Source: Octopus sinensis (taxonomy: Eukaryota). Taken from it: a stretch of 64,000 nucleotides of DNA. The notes under the pieces were generated by a model. That model had not been told where the DNA came from, ran no database searches, and worked only from the letters and a program-made list of their open reading frames with translations. The translations under genes and the position numbers were made by a program. Below, piece after piece: positions 24,030 to 37,193 of the stretch. Each line of letters opens with the position of its first letter. The stretch's first letter is position 1. Where the stretch lies: assembly GCF_006345805.1 (NCBI RefSeq), contig NW_021833748.1, forward strand, positions 1-64,000, read 5' to 3'.

Positions 24030-24660
24030 ATGGTTTCCATACCTCCCGGGGTGTTCAAAACGGTCATTCACCGTTGGTACATGGAGTGCATGAGACATTT
24101 CACAAAAGCCATTGGCACCTGTGCACACACCCTGAGGAAAGCTGCTTCCAGCTCCACACGAGTTGTCTAACTTGGAGCCACCTGGTTCGATCGTCTCTGG
24201 ATATCATACCAAAGGTGTTCAATTGGGTTCAAATCCGGAAAGAGAGCCGGCCATAGCATGGTTCTGATGTTGTGCTGAGGCAGGAAGTCCATGGTGACCT
24301 GGCCGAGTGGGAGAGAGCATTGTCTTGCTGGAACACGTAGCTATGGGGACATGCGAAGAAGGGCACGATGTGAGGTCTTAGGATCTGGTCAACGTAGCGC
24401 TGCGCTGTGATGCCATTCCCTCTGGCTTCACCAGTATTTTGGAACCCATGGGTCCCAATTCGCTGATTCAGGCTTATGACACTCCACACCATGATACTTT
24501 AGCCACCTCACACGTCTCTCTCCATTACACACGCATCTCTGTCACGTTCCCCCCTCCTACACTACACCCTCACTCTGCAATCCGAGGTAGAAACGCAATA
24601 CCGACACACGGCGGAGAAGACTATCGACCTCCATGATTGATGCTGCCAACATCGGTGCTG
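24030..24660 (-). pseudogene. Tc1-family DDE transposase remnant
   Basis: WRSIVFS..., IMVWSVIS..., GITAQRYVDQILRPHIVP..., FQQDNALSH..., PDLNPIEHLW correspond to the Tc1 catalytic-domain motifs (FSDE, FQQDN, SPDLNPIE); stops and frameshifts present. Confidence 0.85.
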
Positions 24661-24663
24661 TAG

Positions 24664-25045
24664 GAAGCGCAATGGCCCAGTGGTTAGGGCAGCGGACTCG
24701 CGGTCGTAGGATCGTGGTTTCGATTCCCAGACCGGGCGTTGTGAGTGTTTATTGAGCGAAAACACCTAAAAGCTCCGCGAGGCTCCGGCAGTGGATGGTG
24801 GTGATCCCTGCTGTACTCTTTCACCACAACTTTCTCTCACTCTTACTTCCTGTTTCGGTTGTACCTGTATTTCAAGGGGCCGGCCTTGTCAGTCTCTGTG
24901 TCACGCTGAATATCCCCGAGAAGTACGTTAAGGGTACACGTGTCTGTGGAGTGCTCAGCCACTTACACGTTAATTTCACGAGCAGGCTGTTCCGTTGATT
25001 CGGATCAACCGGAACCCTCGTCGTCGTAACCGACGGAGTGCTTCC
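24664..25045 (+). mobile_element. SINE C inserted at the 5' side of the Tc1 remnant
   Basis: Full-length match to family C. Confidence 0.9.
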
Positions 25046-25444
25046 ATCCATCGGTGCTGTGTAACCAGCATGTCTTGGAATATTTACACTTACACACCCG
25101 AAATAAATTTTCAGAATTTACCATATAAAAATGTCTTTTAAAAAGATCGCGTTTTTTGCTGCTGCTCAGCGTGTGTATGTACATAATATTCATACTTGCA
25201 TATAGACAGTAATTGAGCAGGAAAGAGAGAGAGAGAGAGATTTGAATAAATTTTACCAAGTAGTTTCGGTATGGAAAGAGAACCATTATCGGTAGAAAGT
25301 TTTACAAAAAGTTTTTTTTATATATAATTAAATATAATTGAGGGTTGAGATTGTGCTGTCTTGGCTGCTATTTCTAAATTTTTGTAGTGGGCGGCGGCAA
25401 ACTTGTGTTTAACCCTTAATTATATATATATATATATATATTAT

Positions 25445-25486
<42 letters not shown>

Positions 25487-25552
25487 TTAGAGATAAAACC
25501 ACTTTTAAATATAATATAAATATGATATATATAATATAATGGATTTACTCCC

Positions 25553-25593
<41 letters not shown>

Positions 25594-25660
25594 TTAGAGA
25601 TAAAACCACTTTTAAATATAATATTAAATATGATAATATAAATATAATGGATTTACTCCC

Positions 25661-25702
<42 letters not shown>

Positions 25703-26004
25703 TAAGTAGAGATAAAACCACTTTTAGGCAAATCAAACAGTGAAAAACATAAACCAAAACAGAAATAAAATTCATTAATATAATATACAAAAAATAAAAT
25801 ATAAAATTCAAAATTTAAATCATTCAAATTTAAAGTTAAAAATTTAGAATTATTAATTTATATTTATAAATTTATATATCCTTAAATCCTTAAAAATGTT
25901 TTAGCCCGAAGGCCGCGACCATATATATATATATTTTTTTTAAAATTTTAATTTAATTTTTTTATTTATTAAATAAATAAATAATAAAAGTAAAAATATA
26001 TATA

Positions 26005-26425
26005 CTCTTTACTCTTTTACTCTTTTACTTGTTTCAGTCATTTGACTGCGGCCATGCTGGAGCACCGCCTTTAATCGAGCAACTCGACCCCGGGACTTAT
26101 TCTTTTTTGTAAGCCCAGTACTTATTCTATCGGTCTCTTTTTGCCGAACCGCTACGTGACGGGGACGTAAACACACCAGCATCGGTTGTCAAGCAATGCT
26201 AGGGGGACAAACACAGACACACAAACATATACACACACACATATATATATATACATATATACGACAGGCTTCTTTCAGTTTCCGTCTACCAAATCCACTC
26301 ACAAGGCATTGGTCGGCCCGGGGCTATAGCAGAAGACACTTGCCCAAGATGTCACGCAGTGGGACTGAACCCGGAACCATGTGGTTGGTTAGCAAGCTAC
26401 TTACCACACAGCCACTCCTGCGCCT
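26005..26425 (-). mobile_element. SINE B
   Basis: Full-length match to family B. Confidence 0.9.
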
Positions 26426-26864
26426 ATATATAAAAATTTATAAATATAAATTAATAATTATAATATACTATAATAGGCGTAGGAGTGGCTGTGTGGTAAG
26501 TACCTTGCTTAATTTACAATTATTAATTTATATTTATATTTTTTTATATAAATAAAGAAATATATAATATATTATAAAATCTCGATAGTATCAAATGGTA
26601 CACCACACTTAAGCTGTTTCTAGTTTCAATATATGTTAATCCTAATTAACAAGAGACGAAACTAACGAATTTAACAGCAATGTTAATGAGTAAACCGAAA
26701 TTCGACAACATATCAGTGATACTGCCGAGCATTAGCTTAAGAGCAAGCTACCTACCACACAGTCATTCCTGTGCCTATATATATATATATATATATAGCG
26801 GTGATGCCCCAGCATGGCCGCGGCCTTCGTGCTAAAACATTTTTAAGGATTTAAGGATATATAT

Positions 26865-27276
26865 ATACTCTTTTGCTCTCTTTTACTTGTTTCAGTCATT
26901 TGACTGCGGCCATGCTGGAATACCGCCTTTAATCGAGCAACTCGACCCCGGGACTTATTCTTTTTTGTAAGCCCAGTACTTATTCTATCGGTCTCTTTTT
27001 GACGAACCGCTAAGTGACGGGGACGTAAACACGCCAGCATCGGTTGTCAAGCAATGCTAGGGGGACAAACACAGACACACAAACACACACGCACACACAT
27101 ATATATATATACATATATACGACGGCTTCTTTCAGTTCCGTCTACCAATCTACTCACAAGGCTTTGGTCGGCCCGAGGCTATAGTAGAAGACACTTGCCC
27201 AAGGTGCCACGCAGTGGGACTGAACTCGGAACCATGTGGTTGGCAAACAAGCTACTTACCACACAGCCCTCCTGCG

Positions 27277-27278
<2 letters not shown>
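26865..27278 (-). mobile_element. SINE B
   Basis: Full-length match to family B. Confidence 0.9.
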
Positions 27279-27311
<33 letters not shown>

Positions 27312-27317
<6 letters not shown>

Positions 27318-28127
27318 ATTTCAACAATTGGAGGGTAAAATTAATTAATTATTAATCAATTTCACCAAGTATTCATATGCAAAGGACCATTTAAGGCGAA
27401 TTCAAATTATTACATTATATAAAGGGCTTAGTAAAATAAATTACTTTGCCGCATACTGAACTCATTAGAAATAGTAGCTAAAAAACTTTTTTAAAACTAT
27501 TTCTAATACTTAAGAAAAACCTCTCTCATATAGTGTTTGCTCAATTCACTCACGAAAGTATGGGGGTAAAGACATTAAAAAATCAAATGCAAAGGTTATT
27601 TGAGAACGTACGTTTCAAGATTAGTCAACTCGACACTTCTATCATTAGCTCAGAACTCCTTGGTTTGGATTTGAAAACACTGAAAGTGGGAGCATACCCT
27701 TTCGGCTTCTTATCGCTTCTGAAGATCTGCTCGAAACTAACAGTGCCAGCAAACTCAAATATGCAAGCGAAGAATTTCTGCTCTCCCCTTCCACCAGCGT
27801 GGGTTAAAATCAGTAAACACTATGCTTTTTTGGTAAAATACCGAGGCATTAAATAGAGAGAGATGAATTATAATTTCAACAATGAGGGTAAAATTAATTA
27901 ATTATTAATCAATTTCACCAAGTATTCAAATAAACTTTGCATTTGATTTTTTAATGTCTTTACCCCCATACTTTCGTGAGTTGAATTGAGCAAACACTAT
28001 ATGAGAGAGGTTTTCTTTAAGTATTAGAAATAGTTTAAAAAAGTTTTTTAGCTACTATTTCTAATGAGTTCAGTATGCGGCAAAGTAATTATTTTACTAA
28101 GCCCTTTTATATAATGTAATAATTTTA
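27312..28127. mobile_element. (TA)n-embedded element with direct and inverted terminal segments (Penelope-like architecture)
   Basis: ~57-bp direct repeat at 27318-27375 and 27873-27928; ~200-bp inverted repeat 27405-27603 versus 27926-28126; both ends lie in (TA)n. The class assignment is inferred from structure only. Confidence 0.55.
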
Positions 28128-28133
28128 TATATA

Positions 28134-28181
<48 letters not shown>

Positions 28182-28191
28182 TATATATACA

Positions 28192-28221
<30 letters not shown>

Positions 28222-28223
<2 letters not shown>

Positions 28224-28460
28224 CAAGCCTGTCGCTTAGCCAGCGGGGTGGCGTCATTTGAAGGCTAAAACAATGCGAAGCGCATTGTGACTAGCGATGT
28301 GTAGCAACATCTGATAGCCTGGTCGGTCACGGCGATATATATATATATATATATATACATATATACGACAGGCTTCTTTCAGTTTCCGTCTACCAAATCC
28401 ATTCACTAGGCTTTGGTTGGTCCGAGGCTATAATAGAAGGCACTTACCTAAGGTGCCATG
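28222..28460 (-). mobile_element. SINE B head/core joined to an alternative 3' tail
   Basis: 28345-28460 matches the family B core; after the (TA)n the sequence is unrelated to the usual tail and ends AAATGACGCCACCCCGCTGGCTAAGCG on the minus strand. Confidence 0.6.
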
Positions 28461-28589
28461 ATACTGAACTATGAGTAACAGTTTTTGAGATATTTTTGCT
28501 GCTTTTTAATAAAGCATATTACTCTGCCTCCGGTATTCGAGTACTATTTTTCCACTTTGTTTCGCATTTATGTGCGTACTCTGGTATGT

Positions 28590-29169
28590 GTGTATATATG
28601 AGTGCGTGTGTGTGTATATATATATATATGTATATATGCATACACACATATATATACATACATTCATACCTACATACATATTTACATACTTGTATACATA
28701 CACACACACACATACATACATATATACACACATACATACATACACACATACATACATATATACATACATACATACACACATACATACATACATACATACA
28801 CACATACATACATACATACATACACACATACATACATACATACATATATACATACACACACATACATACATACATACATACATATATACATATATACATA
28901 AATACATACATACATACATACACACATACATACATACATACATACACACATACATACATACATACATACATACATACATACATACATACACACATACATA
29001 CATACATACATACATACACACACACATACATACTTACATACATATATACAAACATACATACATACACACATACACACATACATACATACATGCATTCATA
29101 CCTACATACACATATATACATACATGTATACATACACACACACACACATACATACATACATACACACAC

Positions 29170-29202
<33 letters not shown>

Positions 29203-29525
29203 CATACATACATACATACATACATACACACCACATACATACATACATACATACATACATACATACATACATACATAGATACATACATACATACATACAT
29301 ACATACATGTATACACACACACATACATACATACATACATAGATACATACATACATACATACATACATACATGTATACACACACACATACATACATACAT
29401 TGATACCTACATACATATATACATACATGTATACATACACACACACATACATACATACATACATACATACATACATACATACACACATACGTACACACAC
29501 ACACATACATACATACATACATACA

Positions 29526-29556
<31 letters not shown>
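28590..29556. repeat. (TACA)n/(CA)n microsatellite, ~1 kb
   Basis: Read directly. Confidence 0.97.
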
Positions 29557-29794
29557 GAAGACTAATCTACATGGCTCTGTTACCATTCTTGAAGTTCTCT
29601 AAAATAAATTTGATAATTACACCATTCCTCGGATCTAGATGGGATTATTATTTCAAGGAAGAAATAACTGAAATATTCCTGGTAGCTTCTGGCAGCGGAC
29701 CAATACGAGACGTCTTTGAATTCCGACAATTACCGTGTTATTCCACGGAATATTCTGGATAATTATACCGCTTATAACTATGTTGCAATTGTGG

Positions 29795-29807
29795 TAGTGA
29801 CGATGAC

Positions 29808-29848
<41 letters not shown>

Positions 29849-29889
29849 GGATGATGAGGATGGTGGTGATGATGATGATGATGATGACG

Positions 29890-29921
<32 letters not shown>

Positions 29922-30156
29922 GATGATCATGGTGATGATGATGATGATGATGATGATGACTATAACGATGATGAGGATGATGATGACGACGACGATGATG
30001 ATGATGTTGAAGATGGTAATGACTATGATGATGATGATCATGATGATCTTAATGGTGATGATGATGATGATGATGATGAAGATGGTAATGACTATGATGA
30101 TGAAGATGATGATGACGACGATGGTGATGATGATGATGATGAAGATGGTAATGACT

Positions 30157-30190
<34 letters not shown>

Positions 30191-30288
30191 CGATGATGAT
30201 GATGATGATGATGAAGATGGTAATGACTATGATGATGATGATGATGATGATAATGATGATGATGATGATGATGAAGATGGTAATGACT

Positions 30289-30346
<58 letters not shown>

Positions 30347-30491
30347 CGATGATGATGATGATGATGATGAAGATGATGACGAAGACGTGGAGGAGGACAA
30401 GGAAGAGGAGGAAATGGAGGACGACACACGGCGACGACGAACACGATGACGATGAGGATGTTGGCGATGACGATGACGATGTTGGTGGTGT

Positions 30492-30522
<31 letters not shown>

Positions 30523-30831
30523 CATGGTGATTAGGATGATGATGATGATGTTGATCATGATGATTATGATAACTATAATGATAATGATGATGATGATGAT
30601 GATGAAGATGATGTTCATGATGATTATGATAACGATGATGATGACGGTGATAGCAAAGTAGTAGTAGTAGTAGTAGTGGTGGTGGTGGTAGTGGTGGTGG
30701 TGGTGGATTTGGTGGTGTTGGTGTTGGTGGTGGTGAAGGTGGTGGTGGTGTAGGTAGTGGTGGTGGTGGTGGTGGTGGTGGTGGTGGTGGTAGTAGTAGT
30801 AGTAGTATTTGTAGTAGTAGTAGTAGTAATC

Positions 30832-30862
<31 letters not shown>
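29795..30862. repeat. (GAT)n grading into (GTA)n/(GTG)n/(GTT)n trinucleotide tract
   Basis: Read directly; abuts the 3' end of the I-group LINE. Confidence 0.97.
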
Positions 30863-31400
30863 TTGGTCACCTCAAGCGCCTGAGAATAACTCTCAGAAGC
30901 GCTAGAGCCGCGGAAGGGAGACGAACCATCTCATCCATTGTAGCCCCTATTTGGCGGATATAGCGTTCCACCATCAGGGCCGGACATCTCAGCCAGAGTT
31001 GTTCTGCAGATTCCACCTCCTCGTTACAGAGTCTGCATTGGTCTGTGTCGCTGCGTCCTGTCATCTTTTGCCACCGCCTGAGTGCCAGATGATGACCACC
31101 ACTACGGGAGCGTATCATGTCTGTGAAGTCTGCCTTCAAGAGGGCAGCTTCGGTTCTTTCATCCGGCTTCTTCGTGAAGACTTCCTTCAGATGGAGGTGT
31201 TGAATTGGCGTTGGCTGGAACGTTTGACGAATAACTGTCTGACGTATGGCTGTATCAATGGGGGCATCTGGTTGTGGCAGCGCCAAGCCATGTTTCGCCT
31301 GCATATCTGCGAGTTCATTGCCGTGGAGGTTGCACCCAAATCACCGTCAAAATCTTGCCAGCTGCTACCAGGGCTGCTGTTTGTTGCAATTCTCTAATCA
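30863..31400 (-). mobile_element. I-group LINE 3' fragment (end of RNase H plus C-terminal CCHC finger)
   Basis: TVIWV...(frameshift)LHGNELADMQAK resembles the RNase H WVP..GNE.AD motif. RSGGHHLALRRWQ...CRLCNEEVESAEQLWLRC fits CX2CX8HX4C with H>Q. A (CAA)n-type tail follows the stop. Confidence 0.75.
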
Positions 31401-32134
31401 CCGGGTCTTGCTGCTGTTGTAGTATTAACATTAGTTACATAACTGAGCGAGCATTCAATACTCAGAGGTTCAGCGTGGTGGCCATTTAATTTCACCACCT
31501 GACAGCAAATGGCACTATGCAATGTGGTGATCCAGCTCCGGTGAAACGCTATTGAAACGCTGCGATCATCTGTTTGGGATCGTAGAGCACACGTTCGCTC
31601 GCTGGTGTCCGTTACTGTCTGAATTCTTGATTTCCTTGCCGTGTTGTACCTCCACTATCTGGGTCCAACTAACGGCTCTTGAGACTTCATGTTTCAGCGG
31701 CAATCGCAACCTAGCTCGGGTAACGCAACCTTCGTGCTTCACGTCGAAAAAATGATCCAGTGCCGTTGCCGCCACCAGCATATCTTTTGTAATCCCTTTC
31801 CCAGGGGCCCCTTCTAAGTTTATTTTCTATTCTCTTGTCTTCTGATGCAATCTCTTTGCTAAAACTAACTCTTTCACTCTGAATTTCCATTACAGGGAAA
31901 CCCACAACCTGCTGTGGATGATAGCTCCCGTCGTTTATCGCTAAACTAGTCTATTAATCCGTTTCTTGAAATCTTTCCGCGCTGGAAAGGACATAATTAT
32001 CTTCCAGTTCCAGGGTCCTTATCTAATTGTCTTTCTCTAAGTTGACTGTAAGGGTCCCGAATTTGTGATCTGAATAAACAACGATCTGCAAGTAAAGGTA
32101 ACTTTTATTATGCCTGTCTGCTACCCAAATAAAT

Positions 32135-32518
32135 GGAAGCACTCCGTCGGTTACGAGGATGAGGGTTCCAGTTGATCCGAATCAACGGAACAGCCTGCTC
32201 GTGAAATTAACGTGTAAGTGGCTGAGCACTCCACAGACACGTGCACCCTTAATGTAGTTCTCGGGGATATTCAGCGTGACACAGAGAGTGACAAGGCCGG
32301 CCCCTTGAAATACAGGTACAACAGAAACAGGAAGTAAGAGTGAGAAAAAGTTGTGGTGAAAGAGTACAGCAGGGATCACCACCATCCCCTGTCGGAGCCT
32401 CGTGGAGCTTTTAGGTGTTTTCGCTCAATAAACACTCACAACGCCCAGTCTGGGAATCGAAACCGCGATCCTATGACCGCGAGTCCGCTGCCTTAGCCAC
32501 TGGGCCATTGCGCCTCCA
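32135..32518 (-). mobile_element. SINE C
   Basis: Full-length match to family C. Confidence 0.9.
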
Positions 32519-32573
32519 CACCCAAATAAATACCTTAGGTATGGCTTAGATGACCAATAATAATAAATGCCCT

Positions 32574-33155
32574 GATGCAATACCAGGCAGTGACTCTCGT
32601 GGTTTTTGATCTTAACTGATTGGTTGTGTTATCATGTACATTGTTTTTGTATAAAAACCATTATCTTGGTATAAAAGTTGGGCTACACAAATATTCTGCT
32701 CAATACCACAGATTTGCTTGTCAGTTGTTTGACCTTAACCAGTTGAGCATGTCCCTTGGTGGCTGACGATGTGTGCATCTCTGATCACGAGCAGAAGTTG
32801 TGGGGGAGCATCATGGCCATGTGTTGAGAGGGATTCTTTGGGGTTTGAATAATTCACCTCTGGAAACATGGGTGGTTATTTCAACATCCTTAAACAACCC
32901 TTATTCAGGGACCTTTTGAGCGGGATGGGCTACTCAACCTGAAGAAAGTTCTAACTGGGCCCCACCTGCAAGGTCATGTGGTGTTTATCTTGATATGAGA
33001 TCACCATGTCGCGCACATATGGTTGTGATGCATGTGCCTAGTGTACCCTTATCAGACGGGTAGTCATGATGGGTAGACTGGGCTTCGTATATTTTACCCC
33101 AGTGTCACTTTGATGGCATGAACTGCTCACTCACTCAATAATAATAATAATAATA

Positions 33156-33211
<56 letters not shown>

Positions 33212-33215
33212 AATA

Positions 33216-33275
<60 letters not shown>

Positions 33276-33305
33276 GTAATAATAATAATAATAGTAATAA
33301 TAATA

Positions 33306-33340
<35 letters not shown>

Positions 33341-33435
33341 AATAATAATAATAATGATGATGATGATGATGATGATGATGATAATGATGATGATGATGAT
33401 GATGATGATGATAATAATAATAATGATAATAATGT
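32574..33435 (+). mobile_element. Family E repeat with an expanded (AAT)n/(GAT)n tail
   Basis: Aligns to 6681-7210; tail 33137-33435. Confidence 0.75.
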
Positions 33436-33779
33436 AAACCAGATTGACAATGAACCAGCCTTTCTATACAGATTGTCTGTAGTATGTTGATACTGTAAAC
33501 GAACAATTGAGAAGAATGTTACGTTGAGGCAAGTAGCTTTGTTAACGGACTTCTGTTTATAAAATAATGCGTCAAGGAAACCTTGAACGGATAAAAAAAA
33601 AACAATAACACAGACGAGTAATATCAAGTTGATGATGGAACAAGAGATGTGAGAATTAGACTAAACACTGATGTACGAATTATTTTAGTATCAGTGAACG
33701 TAGAAATGTTATGAGAGAAATGCTAGAGATGCATTAGGTTAAAACTTAATGGCCGAAATATGTTAATATTTGTCGGTAA

Positions 33780-35525
33780 TTAAGTTGTTTTATTGATAGA
33801 TTTACAGTTGTACTCTTTTACCCTTTTTTACTTGTTTCAGTCGTTTGAATGCGGCCTTGCTGGAGCACCGCCTTTAGTCGAGCAACTCGATCCCAGGACT
33901 ATATTCTTTGTAAGCCCAGTACTTATTCTATCGGTTTCTTTCGTTGAACCGCTAAGTAACGGGGACATAAATACACCAGCATCGGTTGTCAAGCAATGCT
34001 AGGGGGACAAACACACACACACACACACACTCATATATATATATATATACATATATACGACGGGCTTCTTTCAGTTTCCGTCTACCAAATCCACTCACAA
34101 GGCTTTGGTCGGCCCGAGGCTATAGTAGAAGACACTTGCCCAAGATGCCACGCAGTGGGATTGAACCCGAAACCATGTGGTTGGTAAACAAGCTACTTAC
34201 CACACAGCCACTTAAGTGTTTTATTGATAGATTTACAGTTGTACTCTTTTACCCTTTTTTACTTGTTTCAGTCGTTTGAATGCGGCCTTGCTGGAGCACC
34301 GCCTTTAGTCGAGCAACTCGATCCCAGACTATATTCTTTGTAAGCCCAGTACTTATTCTATCGTTTCTTTCTTTCGTTGAACCGCTAAGTAACGGGGACA
34401 TAAATACACCAGCATCGGTTGTCAAGCAATGCTAGGGGGACAAACACACACACACACACACACTCATATATATATATATATACATATATACGACGGGCTT
34501 CTTTCAGTTTCCGTCTACCAAATCCACTCACAAGGCTTTGGTCGGCCCGAGGCTATAGTAGAAGACACTTGCCCAAGATGCCACGCAGTGGGATTGAACC
34601 CGAAACCATGTGGTTGGTAAACAAGCTACTTACCACACAGCCACTTAAGTTGTTTTATTGATAGATTTACAGTTGTACTCTTTTACCCTTTTACTTGTTT
34701 CAGTCATTTGAATGCGGCCTTGCTGGAGTACCGCCTTTAGTCCAGAAAATCGACCCCAGGACTTTTTCTTTTGTAAGCCCAGTACTTATTCTATTCGTCT
34801 CTTTTGCCGAACCGCTAAGTAACGGGGACGTAAATACACCAGCATCGGTTGTCAAGCAATGCTAGGGGGACAAACACAGACACACACACACACACTCATA
34901 TATATATATACATATATACGACGGGCTTCTTTCAGTTTCTGTCTACCAAAACCACTCACAAGGCTTTGGTCGGCCCGAGGCTATAGTAGAAGACACTTGC
35001 CCAAAATGCCACGCAGTGGGACTGAACCCGGAACCATGTGGCTGGTAAACAAGCTACTTACCACACAACCACTTAAGTTGTTTTATTGATAGATTTGCAG
35101 TTGTACTCTTTTACCCTTTTTTACTTGTTTCAGTCATTTGAATGCGGCCTTGCTGGAGCACCGCCTTTAGTCGAGCAAATCGAGCAACTCGGGACTTATT
35201 CTTTGTAAGCCCAGTACTTATTCTATCGGTCTCTTTCGTTGAACCACTAATTAACAGGGACATAAACACACCAGCATTGGTTGTCAAGCGATGTTGGGGG
35301 AGAGACAAACACACACACAAACATATACATACACATACATATATATATATATTATATATATATATATATATACATACGACGGGCTTCTTTCAGCTTCCAT
35401 CTACCAAATCTACTCACAAGGCCCGAGGCTATAGTAAAAGACACTTGCCCAAGGTGCTACGCAGTGGGATTGAACTTTGAACCATGTAGTTCCTAAGCAA
35501 GCTACTTGCCACACAGTCATACCTA
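33780..35525 (-). mobile_element. Four tandem SINE B copies (~433-bp period) that include a ~35-bp flank
   Basis: TTAAG(T)TGTTTTATTGATAGATTT(A/G)CAGTTGTAC spacer recurs near 33780, 34212, 34645 and 35072. Confidence 0.9.
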
Positions 35526-35546
35526 CATATATATACATATAATATA

Positions 35547-35600
<54 letters not shown>

Positions 35601-35605
35601 TATAT

Positions 35606-35812
35606 ATACTTTATTTAAAGCAGCAAAAATTCAACAAAACCTGTTACTCTGAGTTTACGTTGCCGTTCGTCGGACAGTTTTTGCTAGAATGGAACCGATA
35701 ACAGGTTTTGTTGAATTTTCTGCTGCTTTAAATAAAGTATATTACTCTACCACTGGTATTGAGTGTACTCTTTTTTCCACCTTGTTTCACATTATGTTTA
35801 CTCCGGTATTAT
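35606..35812. mobile_element. (TA)n-embedded Penelope-like terminal fragment with a 41-bp inverted repeat and a hammerhead-like motif
   Basis: Arms at 35606-35646 and 35699-35740; 35701-35810 is homologous to 28477-28585. Confidence 0.6.
35641..35677 (-). ncRNA. Hammerhead-like motif, type I, lacking G12
   Basis: Minus strand reads CTGT-CCGACGA-ACG(GCAA)CGT-AAAC-TCAGA-GTA-ACAG, with stems I, II and III all pairing. Confidence 0.55.
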
Positions 35813-35836
35813 ATATATATATATATTATATATATA

Positions 35837-35879
<43 letters not shown>

Positions 35880-36770
35880 TATATATGGTGTGTGTGTGTG
35901 TGTGTGTGTGTTGTGTGTAACAGGCAGATACGAATAGATAGATAGATAGATAGATAAGAAGCAAAGACCTAAACCTTTACTACGATCAGGTGATCGTAGT
36001 AAACGACAATGAATAGAATTCCATGTCACAAACGGAATAGAGACAGTTATTTTCTCACAGACTGACCAGATGTTCCGACTTTTGTCCCTTCAGAGAAGTT
36101 TAAATTTATATATGTGCGTATGAAAATTCATATAACATGCACGTATGTGTGTATGTGACAGTGCGTGTTTCTACACATAAGCACATAATCTTTTCGAAAA
36201 TATAAAAATGGGCCAAACTGAAGACCCTGGTGTTGGAGAGAACTAACGTTGTGAAATTAGGGAGTGTTTTCCAGATTCCAGACGAAGTAATTTTTCCATT
36301 TAATGAATGGCATCGAAAGACCAGAATACAAAGAGACTTTTTCTGAACAGAACGTGTAAACGGAACCTTTTAGATTACATCAATAATAGAGGTTTATATT
36401 ATTTTAGATGCTAAGAATTTGGGTAAGCGTTAAATGCCATGATGTGGGAATGGAAGGAGGTGGAGAGGGAGAAGAAGTACAAGCCCACACAACAGGATTT
36501 TGGCAGTTTAGCAAGAATAAATATAAAAGCAAATGAAAGTATTTAATGACGAAAAGAATTTAATTGGTATATACATTCACACATATTTTAATACTACGAC
36601 TTATATATATATATATATACATATATATACATATATATATGTATATATATGTATGTATATATATATGATGTATATATATATATATATATATACATCATAT
36701 ATATACATACATAGATTCATAGATAATGCATAAATACACACACACATATATATATGTATATATATATGTG

Positions 36771-36817
<47 letters not shown>

Positions 36818-36920
36818 GTGTGTATATATATATATACATCATATATATACATACATAGATTCATAGATTATGCATAAATACACACACACATATTTATATA
36901 TGTATATATATATATACGTG

Positions 36921-36967
<47 letters not shown>

Positions 36968-37114
36968 GTGTGTATATATATATAAATATATATACATACA
37001 TAGATTCATAGATAATGCATAATTACACACGCACATATATATATGTATATGTATATATATACGTGTATATGTATATGTATATGTATATATGTGTATACAT
37101 ATATATATATGTGT

Positions 37115-37155
<41 letters not shown>

Positions 37156-37156
37156 G

Positions 37157-37193
<37 letters not shown>

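Noticed and set aside
27533-27856. 107-aa ORF as a gene
   Set aside because: It starts at a non-ATG codon inside an inverted-repeat element and has no recognisable motif.
28496-30870. Long ORFs (poly-YIHT, MYVC, poly-M, poly-H) here and at 16.5-17.5, 40, 51, 54-55 and 61-63 kb
   Set aside because: These are translations of (TACA)n, (TA)n, (GAT)n and (CAT)n microsatellites that lack stop codons by composition.
31500-32100. Upstream continuation of the I-group LINE ORF2
   Set aside because: My translation of the minus strand gave stops and no RT or RNase H motifs, so the region is left unassigned.
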